Shown: positions 28,555 to 36,745 of the stretch, one piece after another | Layout: each line of letters starts with the position of its first letter | Position numbering within the stretch: the first letter of the stretch is position 1 | Source of the DNA: an uncultured Oscillospiraceae bacterium | Lineage (GTDB): Bacteria; Bacillota; Clostridia; Christensenellales; CAG-314 | Assembly (NCBI GenBank): GCA_964607155.1 | Contig: CAZSIF010000009.1 | Span: 6,795-70,794 of the forward strand | Direction of reading: 5' to 3' | DNA: 64,000 nucleotides | Notes under the pieces: generated by a model | What the model was told of the DNA's origin: nothing | What the model saw: only the letters and a program-made list of their open reading frames with translations | Databases searched by the model: none | Program-made: the position numbers and the translations under genes

Positions 28555-30223
28555 TTTCGATAGACTCCTTAAGCTTGGTAAGCGCAACCTTCGTTTCCGC
28601 AGCCGTTTCGCCAAGAAGCGAAGCAATTTCCTGAACGATGCGCATTTGCTTATCAACAACCTTATCGGCGATGTCCACGGTTTGACGATTTACTCTACCC
28701 TTGCGTTCTTGCGCGTCCACCTCGTCGGTAATATCGCGCATAATGCCGATTATCAACTTGTTACTACGGTCATAGATCACGGTTTGTTCCACATACTTTT
28801 GATACTCCGCCAAAAACGTGCGTTGGTTTACAACCGAACGTCCCGTATCGCGCACCCTTATAAAGTGTATGGGATCAAGGATTCTGACCACATAGTCGCC
28901 CAAAATATCCGATGCGGAGCGCAAATTGACGATCTTTAACGCCGCGCTGTTGATTTGTTGAACCTCAAGGTTATCGTTTAGCACAACAATGCCGTTGGGC
29001 GTATTATTTACTATCGCGTCGGAAAAACTTTCCGCCTTTTCTTTGAGGAAGGGCAAACACATGGAGATTTCCGCCTTACCTTGATAGATGGCAATGGCTT
29101 TTTCTCGACAGGTGTTATAGCCGCACGATCCGCAATTAAGCTCATCTTCCGGCTTGTTTTTGCCCATTTTTTGCATGATTTCCCGAATTTCACCCTCGGT
29201 CGGCGGTTGCAACCTGTGCGCAATCTGCTCAAAGTGCTTTTTGGTATCCACCTCCGAAAGGGGCTGTACGTCAAAATCTTTGTTTCCTGCATACTTAGCA
29301 ACAGCCAAATAGTCCCTGATAGGCGAACGATGATACTTTTCCATTACCGGTCCGCCGATACAGCTGCCCACACATGCAGACATTTCGATAAAACAGTTGT
29401 GTATTTTGCCGTGTTCGATATCCTTTAATGCCGCCATGCAGTTTTCCACACCGTCAACAGCCATATAGGTATATTCCGGCAGACGCTCGACCATGGTTTT
29501 AAGCACGCCGCCTGTCGTCGGGAAAAATCTTGCGCGAGTGTTTTGGTTATCGTCCATATCGGGCACAAGCTCAATGCGTTCGTCCTTGAGCCAATTTGTT
29601 AGCTCCTCAAAAGTCAACACCGCGTCAACAATACCCTCGTAGTGATCCGCCTCGTCCTTTTTTGCCACGCACGGTCCGATAAACACAACTTTGGCATCGG
29701 GCACGCGACGTTTGATATCCAAGGCGTGCGCCTGCATAGGCGAAACGACGTTGGCAAGATAGGGCAACTGATTGGGAAAGTATTTTTGCACCAAAAGGTT
29801 AACGGAGTGACAGCAGGAAGATATCACGATATCGCGATGTTCCTCCACAAGTAACCGCTCGTACTCTTTTTTTACAATCGTTGCACCGATTGCCGTTTCT
29901 TCAACGCCCGCAAAACCCAGCTGTTTTAACGCAGCGGACATGCCGCCAATGCCAATGCCGTCGTAGTTGGCAATAAAGGAAGGCGCAATACTTGCGTAAA
30001 CGGGCGCACCCGATTGTATGAGCACGCGCACCTGTTCCAGCTCTCCGGTAATTTCCTTGGCGTTTTGCGGACACACCACAAAGCATTGACCGCACAATAT
30101 GCACTCGTTGCCTATTATGTGCGCCTGATTTGCCGAAAATCGTATTGACTTTACGGGGCAGTGTCTGATGCATTTATAGCAATTTTTGCAGTTGGATTTT
30201 TTTAGTTTGAGCCAATCCGACAT
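28547..30223 (-). CDS. hydS: Putative sensory [FeFe] hydrogenase (group C, HydS-type): ferredoxin N-terminus, H-domain, extra Cys4 motif, PAS domain, coiled-coil tail
   Basis: 'CKNCYKCIRHCP' and 'CILCGQCFVVCP'. Divergent H-cluster motifs 'ISSCCHSV', 'FIGPCVAKKDE', 'IEMSACVGSCIGGPV'. 'CGSCGYNTCREKA...C', then a PAS-like ~110 aa ('NTPNGIVVLNDNLEVQQINSAALKI...'). GAGAGG SD. Confidence 0.8.
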   Translation of the reverse strand: MSDWLKLKKSNCKNCYKCIRHCPVKSIRFSANQAHIIGNECILCGQCFVVCPQNAKEITGELEQVRVLIQSGAPVYASIAPSFIANYDGIGIGGMSAALKQLGFAGVEETAIGATIVKKEYERLLVEEHRDIVISSCCHSVNLLVQKYFPNQLPYLANVVSPMQAHALDIKRRVPDAKVVFIGPCVAKKDEADHYEGIVDAVLTFEELTNWLKDERIELVPDMDDNQNTRARFFPTTGGVLKTMVERLPEYTYMAVDGVENCMAALKDIEHGKIHNCFIEMSACVGSCIGGPVMEKYHRSPIRDYLAVAKYAGNKDFDVQPLSEVDTKKHFEQIAHRLQPPTEGEIREIMQKMGKNKPEDELNCGSCGYNTCREKAIAIYQGKAEISMCLPFLKEKAESFSDAIVNNTPNGIVVLNDNLEVQQINSAALKIVNLRSASDILGDYVVRILDPIHFIRVRDTGRSVVNQRTFLAEYQKYVEQTVIYDRSNKLIIGIMRDITDEVDAQERKGRVNRQTVDIADKVVDKQMRIVQEIASLLGETAAETKVALTKLKESIENE

Positions 30224-30300
30224 ATTAAACCTCTCGCACTATAATTTGCGCATAAATACGCAGCCACAATCGCATCGCGCCTAAAATGTGCCCGATACGC

Positions 30301-30326
30301 AAAACAAGCCGAAGGTGGCTTGTTTT
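30301..30326 (-). terminator. Internal terminator/attenuator hairpin between the ferredoxin genes and hydS
   Basis: AAAACAAGCC-GAAGGT-GGCTTGTTTT. On the minus strand the GC core is followed by TTTTGCG. A second small hairpin, GCGCA-ACCT-TGCGC, lies at 30358-30371. Confidence 0.45.
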
Positions 30327-30394
30327 GTTGGCATAATTTGAATTATTTGTTTATAAAGCGCAACCTTGCGCCCTAAAGAGTGCATTTACGCACC

Positions 30395-30661
30395 TTAAAT
30401 TGCCGTTTGTGCATTTACCGCGGGCATAACGGATTTATTCCAGAACTCGTTGAAGTTATCCCTTGTAATACCAACGCACACTTCGTCGCCGACAGTTACG
30501 GTTACTCCCTCGCGGTTGCACTTACCCGAACAAAACGAGCCGGTAAGCACAATTTTATCGTCCAACCCATTTTCGGATATATACTTGCGGAACAGCTCGA
30601 CGATATCCTCCGAGCCTTTTAAGTGGCACGAACTACCCACGCAAATCTGAATGATAAGCAT
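30395..30661 (-). CDS. Thioredoxin-like [2Fe-2S] ferredoxin (NuoE/HndA-like small protein), copy 2
   Basis: 88 aa with Cys pattern 'CVGSSCHLKG...FCSGKC'. Its ATG is directly adjacent to the stop of copy 1 (TAAATG). Confidence 0.75.
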   Translation of the reverse strand: MLIIQICVGSSCHLKGSEDIVELFRKYISENGLDDKIVLTGSFCSGKCNREGVTVTVGDEVCVGITRDNFNEFWNKSVMPAVNAQTAI

Positions 30662-30907
30662 TTATGCAATCCTCGAAACGATTTCCTTTTCAAAGAAGTC
30701 CGCAACCGTTTCCGGACTGACGGAAAACAGTTTGTCGTCCACCGTAACACACACGCCCTGCTGGCACTTGCCCATACAAAACGTTCCGCCAAGCTCCACA
30801 ACGTCCTTAAGATTACTTTCCGCTATAAGGTACTGAAGTTCCTCAACAACCTGACGCGAGCCCTTAATGTGGCAGGAGCTACCGATACAAACCTTTACTT
30901 TTACCAT
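30662..30907 (-). CDS. Thioredoxin-like [2Fe-2S] ferredoxin, copy 1
   Basis: 81 aa with 'CIGSSCHIKG...FCMGKC'. A paralogue of the following gene. AAGGAGAG SD. Confidence 0.75.
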   Translation of the reverse strand: MVKVKVCIGSSCHIKGSRQVVEELQYLIAESNLKDVVELGGTFCMGKCQQGVCVTVDDKLFSVSPETVADFFEKEIVSRIA

Positions 30908-30928
30908 GTGATTAGCTCTCCTTGTTTT

Positions 30929-31678
30929 TTATTCGTAGTCCACTACGTTTGCCCAAGACAAAAGAAATTCTCTTTCGTGTTGGTTGCCCTTGACGGATTG
31001 CGAAGCCGCAACAATGGGCATCCATTTTTGAACGTACTGCTTTGCCGTACCGCTTTTTTCGCAGAACAAATCCAAATATTCGTTTGCGCCGTCGATATCG
31101 CCTGCCAGCCAGAACAACAAGTATGTTCTTGCCACATCGGCAGATGCGTTACCTTGCGTTGCGTGCGACCAGTCCAAAACGTACGGCGTACCGTCGTCTG
31201 CGATTATTATGTTGGACGGATTAAAATCGCCGTGGCACAATTTGTTGTGCTTGGGCATTCCTTCCAAACGAGTGTGCAAATCGTATCTTGTCGTTGCGTC
31301 GATATCCGCTTGCGAAATTTTACGATTCATTTTGTCCTTGAGCTTGCCCAAAAGAGGACAAGTTTTGGACTGAACTTCCATTTGCAAATTGACAAACAAT
31401 TCAAGGTATTCGTGTTTTTTATCAGGATTTTCCGCCATAAGCCTATCAAGAGTTTTACCCTTAATATACTCGGACACGATTGCCCACTTTCCGTCAATCA
31501 TTGTTACCGCTTTGATTTTGGGAATATTCAAACCGGTATGCTCTACCCTTGCCTGATTAAGCGCTTCGTTAAGCACGTCGTCTTTGGCGTAGTCGCTATC
31601 AAAAACCTTAACGCAATCTTCGCCGTCACGGTAGATTGTTTTGTTGTTGCGTACAGCAATCACTCTGTCAAGCTTCAT
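30929..31678 (-). CDS. Protein-kinase-like fold phosphotransferase (APH/choline-kinase family)
   Basis: Catalytic loop 'CHGDFNPSNIII' and metal-binding 'VLDWSHA'. 249 aa. AAGGAGG SD located 14 nt after the adhE stop. Confidence 0.75.
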   Translation of the reverse strand: MKLDRVIAVRNNKTIYRDGEDCVKVFDSDYAKDDVLNEALNQARVEHTGLNIPKIKAVTMIDGKWAIVSEYIKGKTLDRLMAENPDKKHEYLELFVNLQMEVQSKTCPLLGKLKDKMNRKISQADIDATTRYDLHTRLEGMPKHNKLCHGDFNPSNIIIADDGTPYVLDWSHATQGNASADVARTYLLFWLAGDIDGANEYLDLFCEKSGTAKQYVQKWMPIVAASQSVKGNQHEREFLLSWANVVDYE

Positions 31679-31692
31679 TGTATTGACCTCCT

Positions 31693-34386
31693 TTACGCTT
31701 TGCTACCGCTTTTGCTTTTGCGGTAGGATTTTTTGAAATCGTGAACTTCGTCTTCCGTAACGTTTGCCGTCGGTACGGGCGTTTCCTTAAAAGACTTTCC
31801 GTAGTAAGCATTAAGATACATTTGCTTTATCTCGCTCATAAGCGGATAACGCGGATTTGCACCTGTACATTGATCGTCGAACGCCTGCTCAACCATGTCA
31901 TCCAGTCTTGCAAGGAAATCGGCTTCGTCCGGAACGTAATCCTTGATTGTGGGCTTAATGCCAACAACTTCTTTGAGATCGTCCAATGCCTTTATAAGAT
32001 TATCAACCTTTTCCTTATCGGTTGCGCCGACAATTCCAAGATACTCGGCAACTTCGGCATATCTACGCAAAGTGTGAGGATGGTCATATTGCGGGAACGT
32101 ACCCATCTTTGCAGGAACTTCCGCAGAGTTAAAGCGAATTACCTCATCCAACATAAGCGCATTAGCTACGCCGTGCGGAATGTGGTGGAATGCGCCCAAC
32201 TTGTGCGCCATGGAGTGGCACACGCCAAGGAATGCGTTTGCAAACGCCATACCTGCCATAGTGGCAGCATTTGCCATTTTTTCTCTCGCTTCAACATCGG
32301 TTTGACCGTTTTCATAAGCGCGAGGCAAATAATCGAAAATGGTTTTGAGCGCTTTGAGTGCCAAACCGTCTGTGTAGTCGGTTGCCATCATCGAAGCATA
32401 TGCTTCCAACGCGTGGCTTACAGCGTCAATACCGGATGCAGCAGTAAGTCCCTTGGGCGCACTCATATGGAAGTCCGTATCGATAATTGCCATGTTGGGC
32501 AACAACTCGTAGTCGGCAAGAGGATATTTAACACCGGTGCGTTCGTCCGTGATAACGGCAAACGGAGTAACTTCCGAACCTGTTCCTGCCGAAGTGGGGA
32601 TAGCGATAAAGTAAGCCTTTTCGCCCATTTTAGGGAACGTGTACACACGTTTGCGAATATCCATAAAGCGCATTGCCATATCGAGGAAGTCCACTTCTGG
32701 ATGTTCGTACATTACCCACATAATCTTGGCTGCGTCCATTGCGGAGCCGCCACCCAATGCAATAATGCAATCGGGTTGGAACGCATTCATTTGCGCTACG
32801 CCCTCTTTAGCACACGCAAGTGTGGGATCGGGTGCAACGTCAAAGAACGTCGTGTGTGTGATGCCCATCTGATTGAGCTTGTCCACGATGGGTTGCGTGT
32901 AACCATGATTGTACAGGAAGCTATCGGTAACGATAAATGCCTTTTTCTTGTGCATAACCGTTTTAAGCTCGTCAAGAGCAACCGGCAAGCAGCCTTTTTT
33001 GATATAAACCTTTTCGGGCGCTCTGAACCAAAGCATATTTTCTCTCCTTTCCGCAACTGTTTTGATATTCAAAAGGTGCTTAACTCCGACGTTTTCCGAC
33101 ACGGAGTTTCCACCCCATGAGCCGCAACCAAGCGTAAGCGACGGAGCAAGACGGAAGTTGTACAAGTCGCCGATACCGCCTTGCGACGAAGGAGTATTTA
33201 CAAGGATACGACAGGTTTTCATTCTCTCGCCAAATTCAGCAAGAACGTCCTGACGAGTAGTAACGTTAAGATATATGCTGGAAGTGTGACCGAAACCGCC
33301 GTCTGCGATAAGACGTTCTGCCTTATTGAACGCGTCCTGAATATCGTTAGCCTTGTACATTGCAAGCACGGGAGAAAGCTTTTCGTGAGCAAACTCTTCC
33401 GAAAGTTCAACGCTTTCCACTTCGCCAATAAGGATTTTTGTTCCAACGGGAACTTTAACACCTGCAAGCTCTGCGATTTTAGCAGCTTTTTGACCAACGA
33501 TTTTTGCATTCAGCGCGCCGTTGATGATTATCGTTTTGCGAACCTTTTCCGTTTCGGCAGGGTTGAGGAAATAGCAACCTCTTTCAGCAAACTCTTTCTT
33601 CGCCTTGTCGTACACGTCTGCAAGCACGATAACCGATTGCTCGGATGCGCAAATCATACCGTTATCAAATGTTTTCGAGTGAATAATAGAGTTAACTGCA
33701 AGAGTGATATCGGCAGAACTGTCGATGATTGCAGGCGTATTACCTGCGCCCACGCCGAGTGCCGGTTTACCGCTGGAATATGCAGCCTTTACCATCCCCG
33801 GGCCACCGGTTGCAAGAATAATATCAGCCTCTTTCATTACAAGGTTTGTCATTTCCAAACTGGGAACATCTATCCAACCGATAATATCCTTCGGCGCACC
33901 TGCCTCGATTGCAGCTTCCAACACCACTTTTGCTGCGGCAATGGTCGATTGCTTTGCTCTGGGGTGCGGACTGATGATAATTCCGTTGCGAGTTTTAAGT
34001 GCGATAAGCGTTTTGAAAATCGCCGTAGAAGTCGGGTTGGTTGTAGGAATAACCGCAGCAATAACGCCGATGGGTTCTGCAATCTTTTTGATGCCAAACG
34101 CCTTATCCTCTTCGATTACGCCGCAAGTTTTTGTATCTTTATACGCATTGTAAATATATTCGGCGGCATAATGGTTTTTGATAACCTTATCTTCCACCAC
34201 ACCCATGCCGGTTTCAGCCACTGCTGCCTTGGCAAGAGGAATACGCATTTTGTTCGCCGCAAGTGACGCTGCAAGGAAAATTTTATCTACCTGCTCTTGC
34301 GTAAAGCGAGAGTATTCCTTTTGCGCCGCTCTAACATCGGCAATTTTTTGTTCCAAAGTTTGAACACTGTCTACCAAATAATTCAT
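31693..34386 (-). CDS. adhE: Bifunctional acetaldehyde-CoA/alcohol dehydrogenase AdhE
   Basis: ~897 aa. N-terminal ALDH domain with 'DNGMICASEQ' (catalytic Cys) and C-terminal Fe-ADH domain ('GGGSAMDAAK', His-rich 'CHSMAHKLGAFHHIPHG'). Start set to ATG 34386 (GGAGG 7 nt upstream), which overlaps the rex stop (TAATG). Confidence 0.95.
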   Translation of the reverse strand: MNYLVDSVQTLEQKIADVRAAQKEYSRFTQEQVDKIFLAASLAANKMRIPLAKAAVAETGMGVVEDKVIKNHYAAEYIYNAYKDTKTCGVIEEDKAFGIKKIAEPIGVIAAVIPTTNPTSTAIFKTLIALKTRNGIIISPHPRAKQSTIAAAKVVLEAAIEAGAPKDIIGWIDVPSLEMTNLVMKEADIILATGGPGMVKAAYSSGKPALGVGAGNTPAIIDSSADITLAVNSIIHSKTFDNGMICASEQSVIVLADVYDKAKKEFAERGCYFLNPAETEKVRKTIIINGALNAKIVGQKAAKIAELAGVKVPVGTKILIGEVESVELSEEFAHEKLSPVLAMYKANDIQDAFNKAERLIADGGFGHTSSIYLNVTTRQDVLAEFGERMKTCRILVNTPSSQGGIGDLYNFRLAPSLTLGCGSWGGNSVSENVGVKHLLNIKTVAERRENMLWFRAPEKVYIKKGCLPVALDELKTVMHKKKAFIVTDSFLYNHGYTQPIVDKLNQMGITHTTFFDVAPDPTLACAKEGVAQMNAFQPDCIIALGGGSAMDAAKIMWVMYEHPEVDFLDMAMRFMDIRKRVYTFPKMGEKAYFIAIPTSAGTGSEVTPFAVITDERTGVKYPLADYELLPNMAIIDTDFHMSAPKGLTAASGIDAVSHALEAYASMMATDYTDGLALKALKTIFDYLPRAYENGQTDVEAREKMANAATMAGMAFANAFLGVCHSMAHKLGAFHHIPHGVANALMLDEVIRFNSAEVPAKMGTFPQYDHPHTLRRYAEVAEYLGIVGATDKEKVDNLIKALDDLKEVVGIKPTIKDYVPDEADFLARLDDMVEQAFDDQCTGANPRYPLMSEIKQMYLNAYYGKSFKETPVPTANVTEDEVHDFKKSYRKSKSGSKA

Positions 34387-35012
34387 TATGACCTCCATTT
34401 GTTATTTGACGTAACGGCAAGAACCGCCACGGATGAAGCAAGATTTTCGTTTTTAACAACCACTCCGTCGGGAACGGTCAGTATCAAAGGAGCAAAGTTC
34501 CATATCGCCCGTATGCCGTTGGCAACCATTTTATCGCATACGGATTGCGCTTGATTTTCCGGCACGGCAATAATGCCTATGCCGATATCGTTTTGCGCAC
34601 AAAAGTCATCAAATTCCGTTATGGGCAATATCTTTTCGCTTTCCGCCGTTACCGACGGGTTTTCGTCAAAAGCGGCAAGTATTCGCACGCCGTATTCGTC
34701 AAAGTTATCGCAAAACAGCAACGCTTTGCCAATATGCCCTGCACCTATTATCACAGCGTTAACTACTCGACTGATAGCCAGTGCGTCCTCTAAATGGCGG
34801 ATAAGCTCGCTTTTAACATACCCGATCTTGGGCTTGCCTGCACCGCTAACCATTGCCAAATCCTTACGCACTTGTACCTCGCCCAGTTGCAACGCTTTGG
34901 CTATTGCTCCGGACGAAACAGTGTCCGCATCGGCAGGATACAAAAACTTGACGTAATGCAAATAAGCCGGCAGTCTGTTGAGTACTGCGTTGGGGAATTT
35001 GTCGTTACACAT
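34386..35012 (-). CDS. rex: Redox-sensing transcriptional repressor Rex
   Basis: 'LNRLPAYLHYVKFL' winged-helix N-terminus, Rossmann motif 'VIIGAGHIGKAL', 208 aa. AAGGAGA SD. Confidence 0.9.
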   Translation of the reverse strand: MCNDKFPNAVLNRLPAYLHYVKFLYPADADTVSSGAIAKALQLGEVQVRKDLAMVSGAGKPKIGYVKSELIRHLEDALAISRVVNAVIIGAGHIGKALLFCDNFDEYGVRILAAFDENPSVTAESEKILPITEFDDFCAQNDIGIGIIAVPENQAQSVCDKMVANGIRAIWNFAPLILTVPDGVVVKNENLASSVAVLAVTSNNKWRS

Positions 35013-35035
35013 TACAGTATCTCCTTATCGATACC

Positions 35036-35064
35036 ATTTTATCGATTAACACAAAAAAATGCAA
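35036..35064 (-). promoter_or_regulatory. Candidate sigma-A promoter of rex-adhE
   Basis: Minus strand: TTGCAT (35064..35059), 17 nt, TAAAAT (35041..35036). The ATG lies ~24 nt downstream of the -10. The direct repeat TTATCGAT (35025-35032 and 35039-35046) straddles the -10. Confidence 0.45.
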
Positions 35065-35279
35065 ATACTTGTTTTACATACTGGTATATGTTTTTTGATA
35101 TATCAACTCGTTTCTCGCAAGACAGTCGCGCTCACGACAAAACTCGCCACAATGTCATTGTATCGCACCGATAAGCCGCACGCCATCCGCAATAGCTTTA
35201 TCGGCGAGCAATGCGCCTTACCGACGTAATCGATATGCAAACGATGCCGTACGTTTTCCGTGCGTCCCAATAACCGTGC

Positions 35280-36203
35280 TTAGCCCAAGTGCTTGCGCTT
35301 AGCCAAGCAGAGTTCTGTTACAAACTGCCTATCCACATCGGTTAGACGGTAATCTTTGGGGTAAATCAACACGTCCTTGTACACCCTATCTACATCGGCA
35401 ACATCAAGCTGCACTAAATCGTATCTATCCAGCGTTTGTTGCGGCTCACGCGATGTCCACATAAAGGCATCGGCGTTGCTTGCCAAAATATCAAACTCGC
35501 TTGCACGTTCGAAAACAAAAATGCGACGCGACACTCCGCGAGAAAGCTCGGCATTGCGCACCTCCGCCATTGGAACGGTTGGCACAAACGGGTCGGCATT
35601 GGCAATTTCGATGTAGTTATCCAAATCCGCAAGCGTTGGCGTAATAGCGGCAAGCGGACTGTTTTTATTAACCAACAATACAGGCGTGAACTCGGCAACA
35701 AGCTCGTAGGCAAGCTCCTTTTGTTCCAGCATTGCTTTGAAATACTTGTCGTAGCAGGAGTTGTAACGAACAATGCCCAGTTTGTACTCGGCGTGAACGA
35801 TGTTGTTTATCGCACGCAAGGCGTTGGTTTCCTTATAATATACTTCAAATTCGTCCGACGACAAAGTTTCCACAAAACTCGCAAAGGCAACAGAGATGTA
35901 GCCGGCACGAGGGGCGGACAGCGAAAATGCGGATTTTTTATCGGCATTGCCCGTTTTGAACATGCTTTCCACTTCTTCGATGTTGTGCAAAATGGTTTTG
36001 CCGTAATTGATAAGCCGTTCGCCATCAGTGGTTACGCGAATTCCGTGCGGAGTACGGTCAAATATGGTAACATTGAGCTCCTTTTCCAGTTCCTTGACGG
36101 CTCGACTTAAATTGGGCTGCGCGATGTAAAGCTTTTCCGACGCCTTGCTTATCGAACCGCAGTTGGCAATTTCCACCGCATATTTTAGATATTGAATATT
36201 CAT
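35280..36203 (-). CDS. LysR-family transcriptional regulator
   Basis: N-terminal HTH 'MNIQYLKYAVEIANCGSISKASEKLYIAQPNLSRAVKELEKELNVTIFDR'. 307 aa. Confidence 0.88.
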   Translation of the reverse strand: MNIQYLKYAVEIANCGSISKASEKLYIAQPNLSRAVKELEKELNVTIFDRTPHGIRVTTDGERLINYGKTILHNIEEVESMFKTGNADKKSAFSLSAPRAGYISVAFASFVETLSSDEFEVYYKETNALRAINNIVHAEYKLGIVRYNSCYDKYFKAMLEQKELAYELVAEFTPVLLVNKNSPLAAITPTLADLDNYIEIANADPFVPTVPMAEVRNAELSRGVSRRIFVFERASEFDILASNADAFMWTSREPQQTLDRYDLVQLDVADVDRVYKDVLIYPKDYRLTDVDRQFVTELCLAKRKHLG

Positions 36204-36635
36204 TTACCACCACTCCGCATATATTAGATTTCGGCAAACGCTTTTGCTGCCACAAATCTTACCGTCATGTATATCGATACACAAATCTGCCCGAGCTTTA
36301 ATGGTACAATCAAAAAGTCTCCGTGCTCTTTGCTCGTGTCGCCAGTTGCAGACCGTGCCGACCAATGGGCATGCCACAAACCAAGCTTACCGCGAGGCTT
36401 TCCCGAAAACATCCCATTTTATTTATTATACCATCTTTCAGAACCCGTTGCAAGCCCCAATCAGAAAAAACATCATTTTTAATAGTATACTCTACGTCCG
36501 CCGCTTGCAAATACTATATCGGCAGCATCGCCCAAGTTACCGCCCCACCCAACTAATGCCACTCTCATATTTTTTATCAAACGTAAAAGTTGCGTTTTAT
36601 CGACACGCCTTTATAGCCTATCTATGCCGTAATAT

Positions 36636-36664
36636 TTGACAAATCGGCAAAAATATCGTATTGT
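36636..36664 (+). promoter_or_regulatory. Candidate sigma-A promoter of the DedA-acyltransferase gene
   Basis: TTGACA (36636-36641), 17 nt, TATTGT (36659-36664). It lies ~80 nt upstream of the ATG at 36746. Confidence 0.45.
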
Positions 36665-36745
36665 AAGAGGTATGATACTTAAAGTAAGCTTGTTCGTCGA
36701 TGTCGCAGCCGATTACGGCAAGGACGTCGATAAAAAGGAGGGACG

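Noticed and set aside
30929-31678. APH-fold kinase as an aminoglycoside-resistance gene.
   Set aside because: It is embedded with tight spacing in the hydrogenase/PP2C signalling cluster, so a signalling or metabolite-kinase role is more parsimonious. This cannot be fully excluded without a search.
30623-34266. Plus-strand ORFs of 367, 459 and 361 aa (30623..31726, 31741..33120, 33181..34266).
   Set aside because: They are antisense to the ferredoxin, kinase and adhE genes, whose products carry unambiguous conserved motifs. The translated sequences are Arg/Cys/His/Phe-rich and not protein-like.
36204-36745. Several 60-130-aa ORFs on both strands in the LysR/acyltransferase intergenic region (e.g. 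36244..36639), and the possibility of an RNA gene there.
   Set aside because: The ORFs overlap each other in different frames, lack SDs and have non-protein-like composition. I could not recognise any tRNA, riboswitch or other RNA signature by eye. The 540-bp spacer remains unexplained, but I cannot support any feature in it beyond the candidate promoter at 36636-36664.
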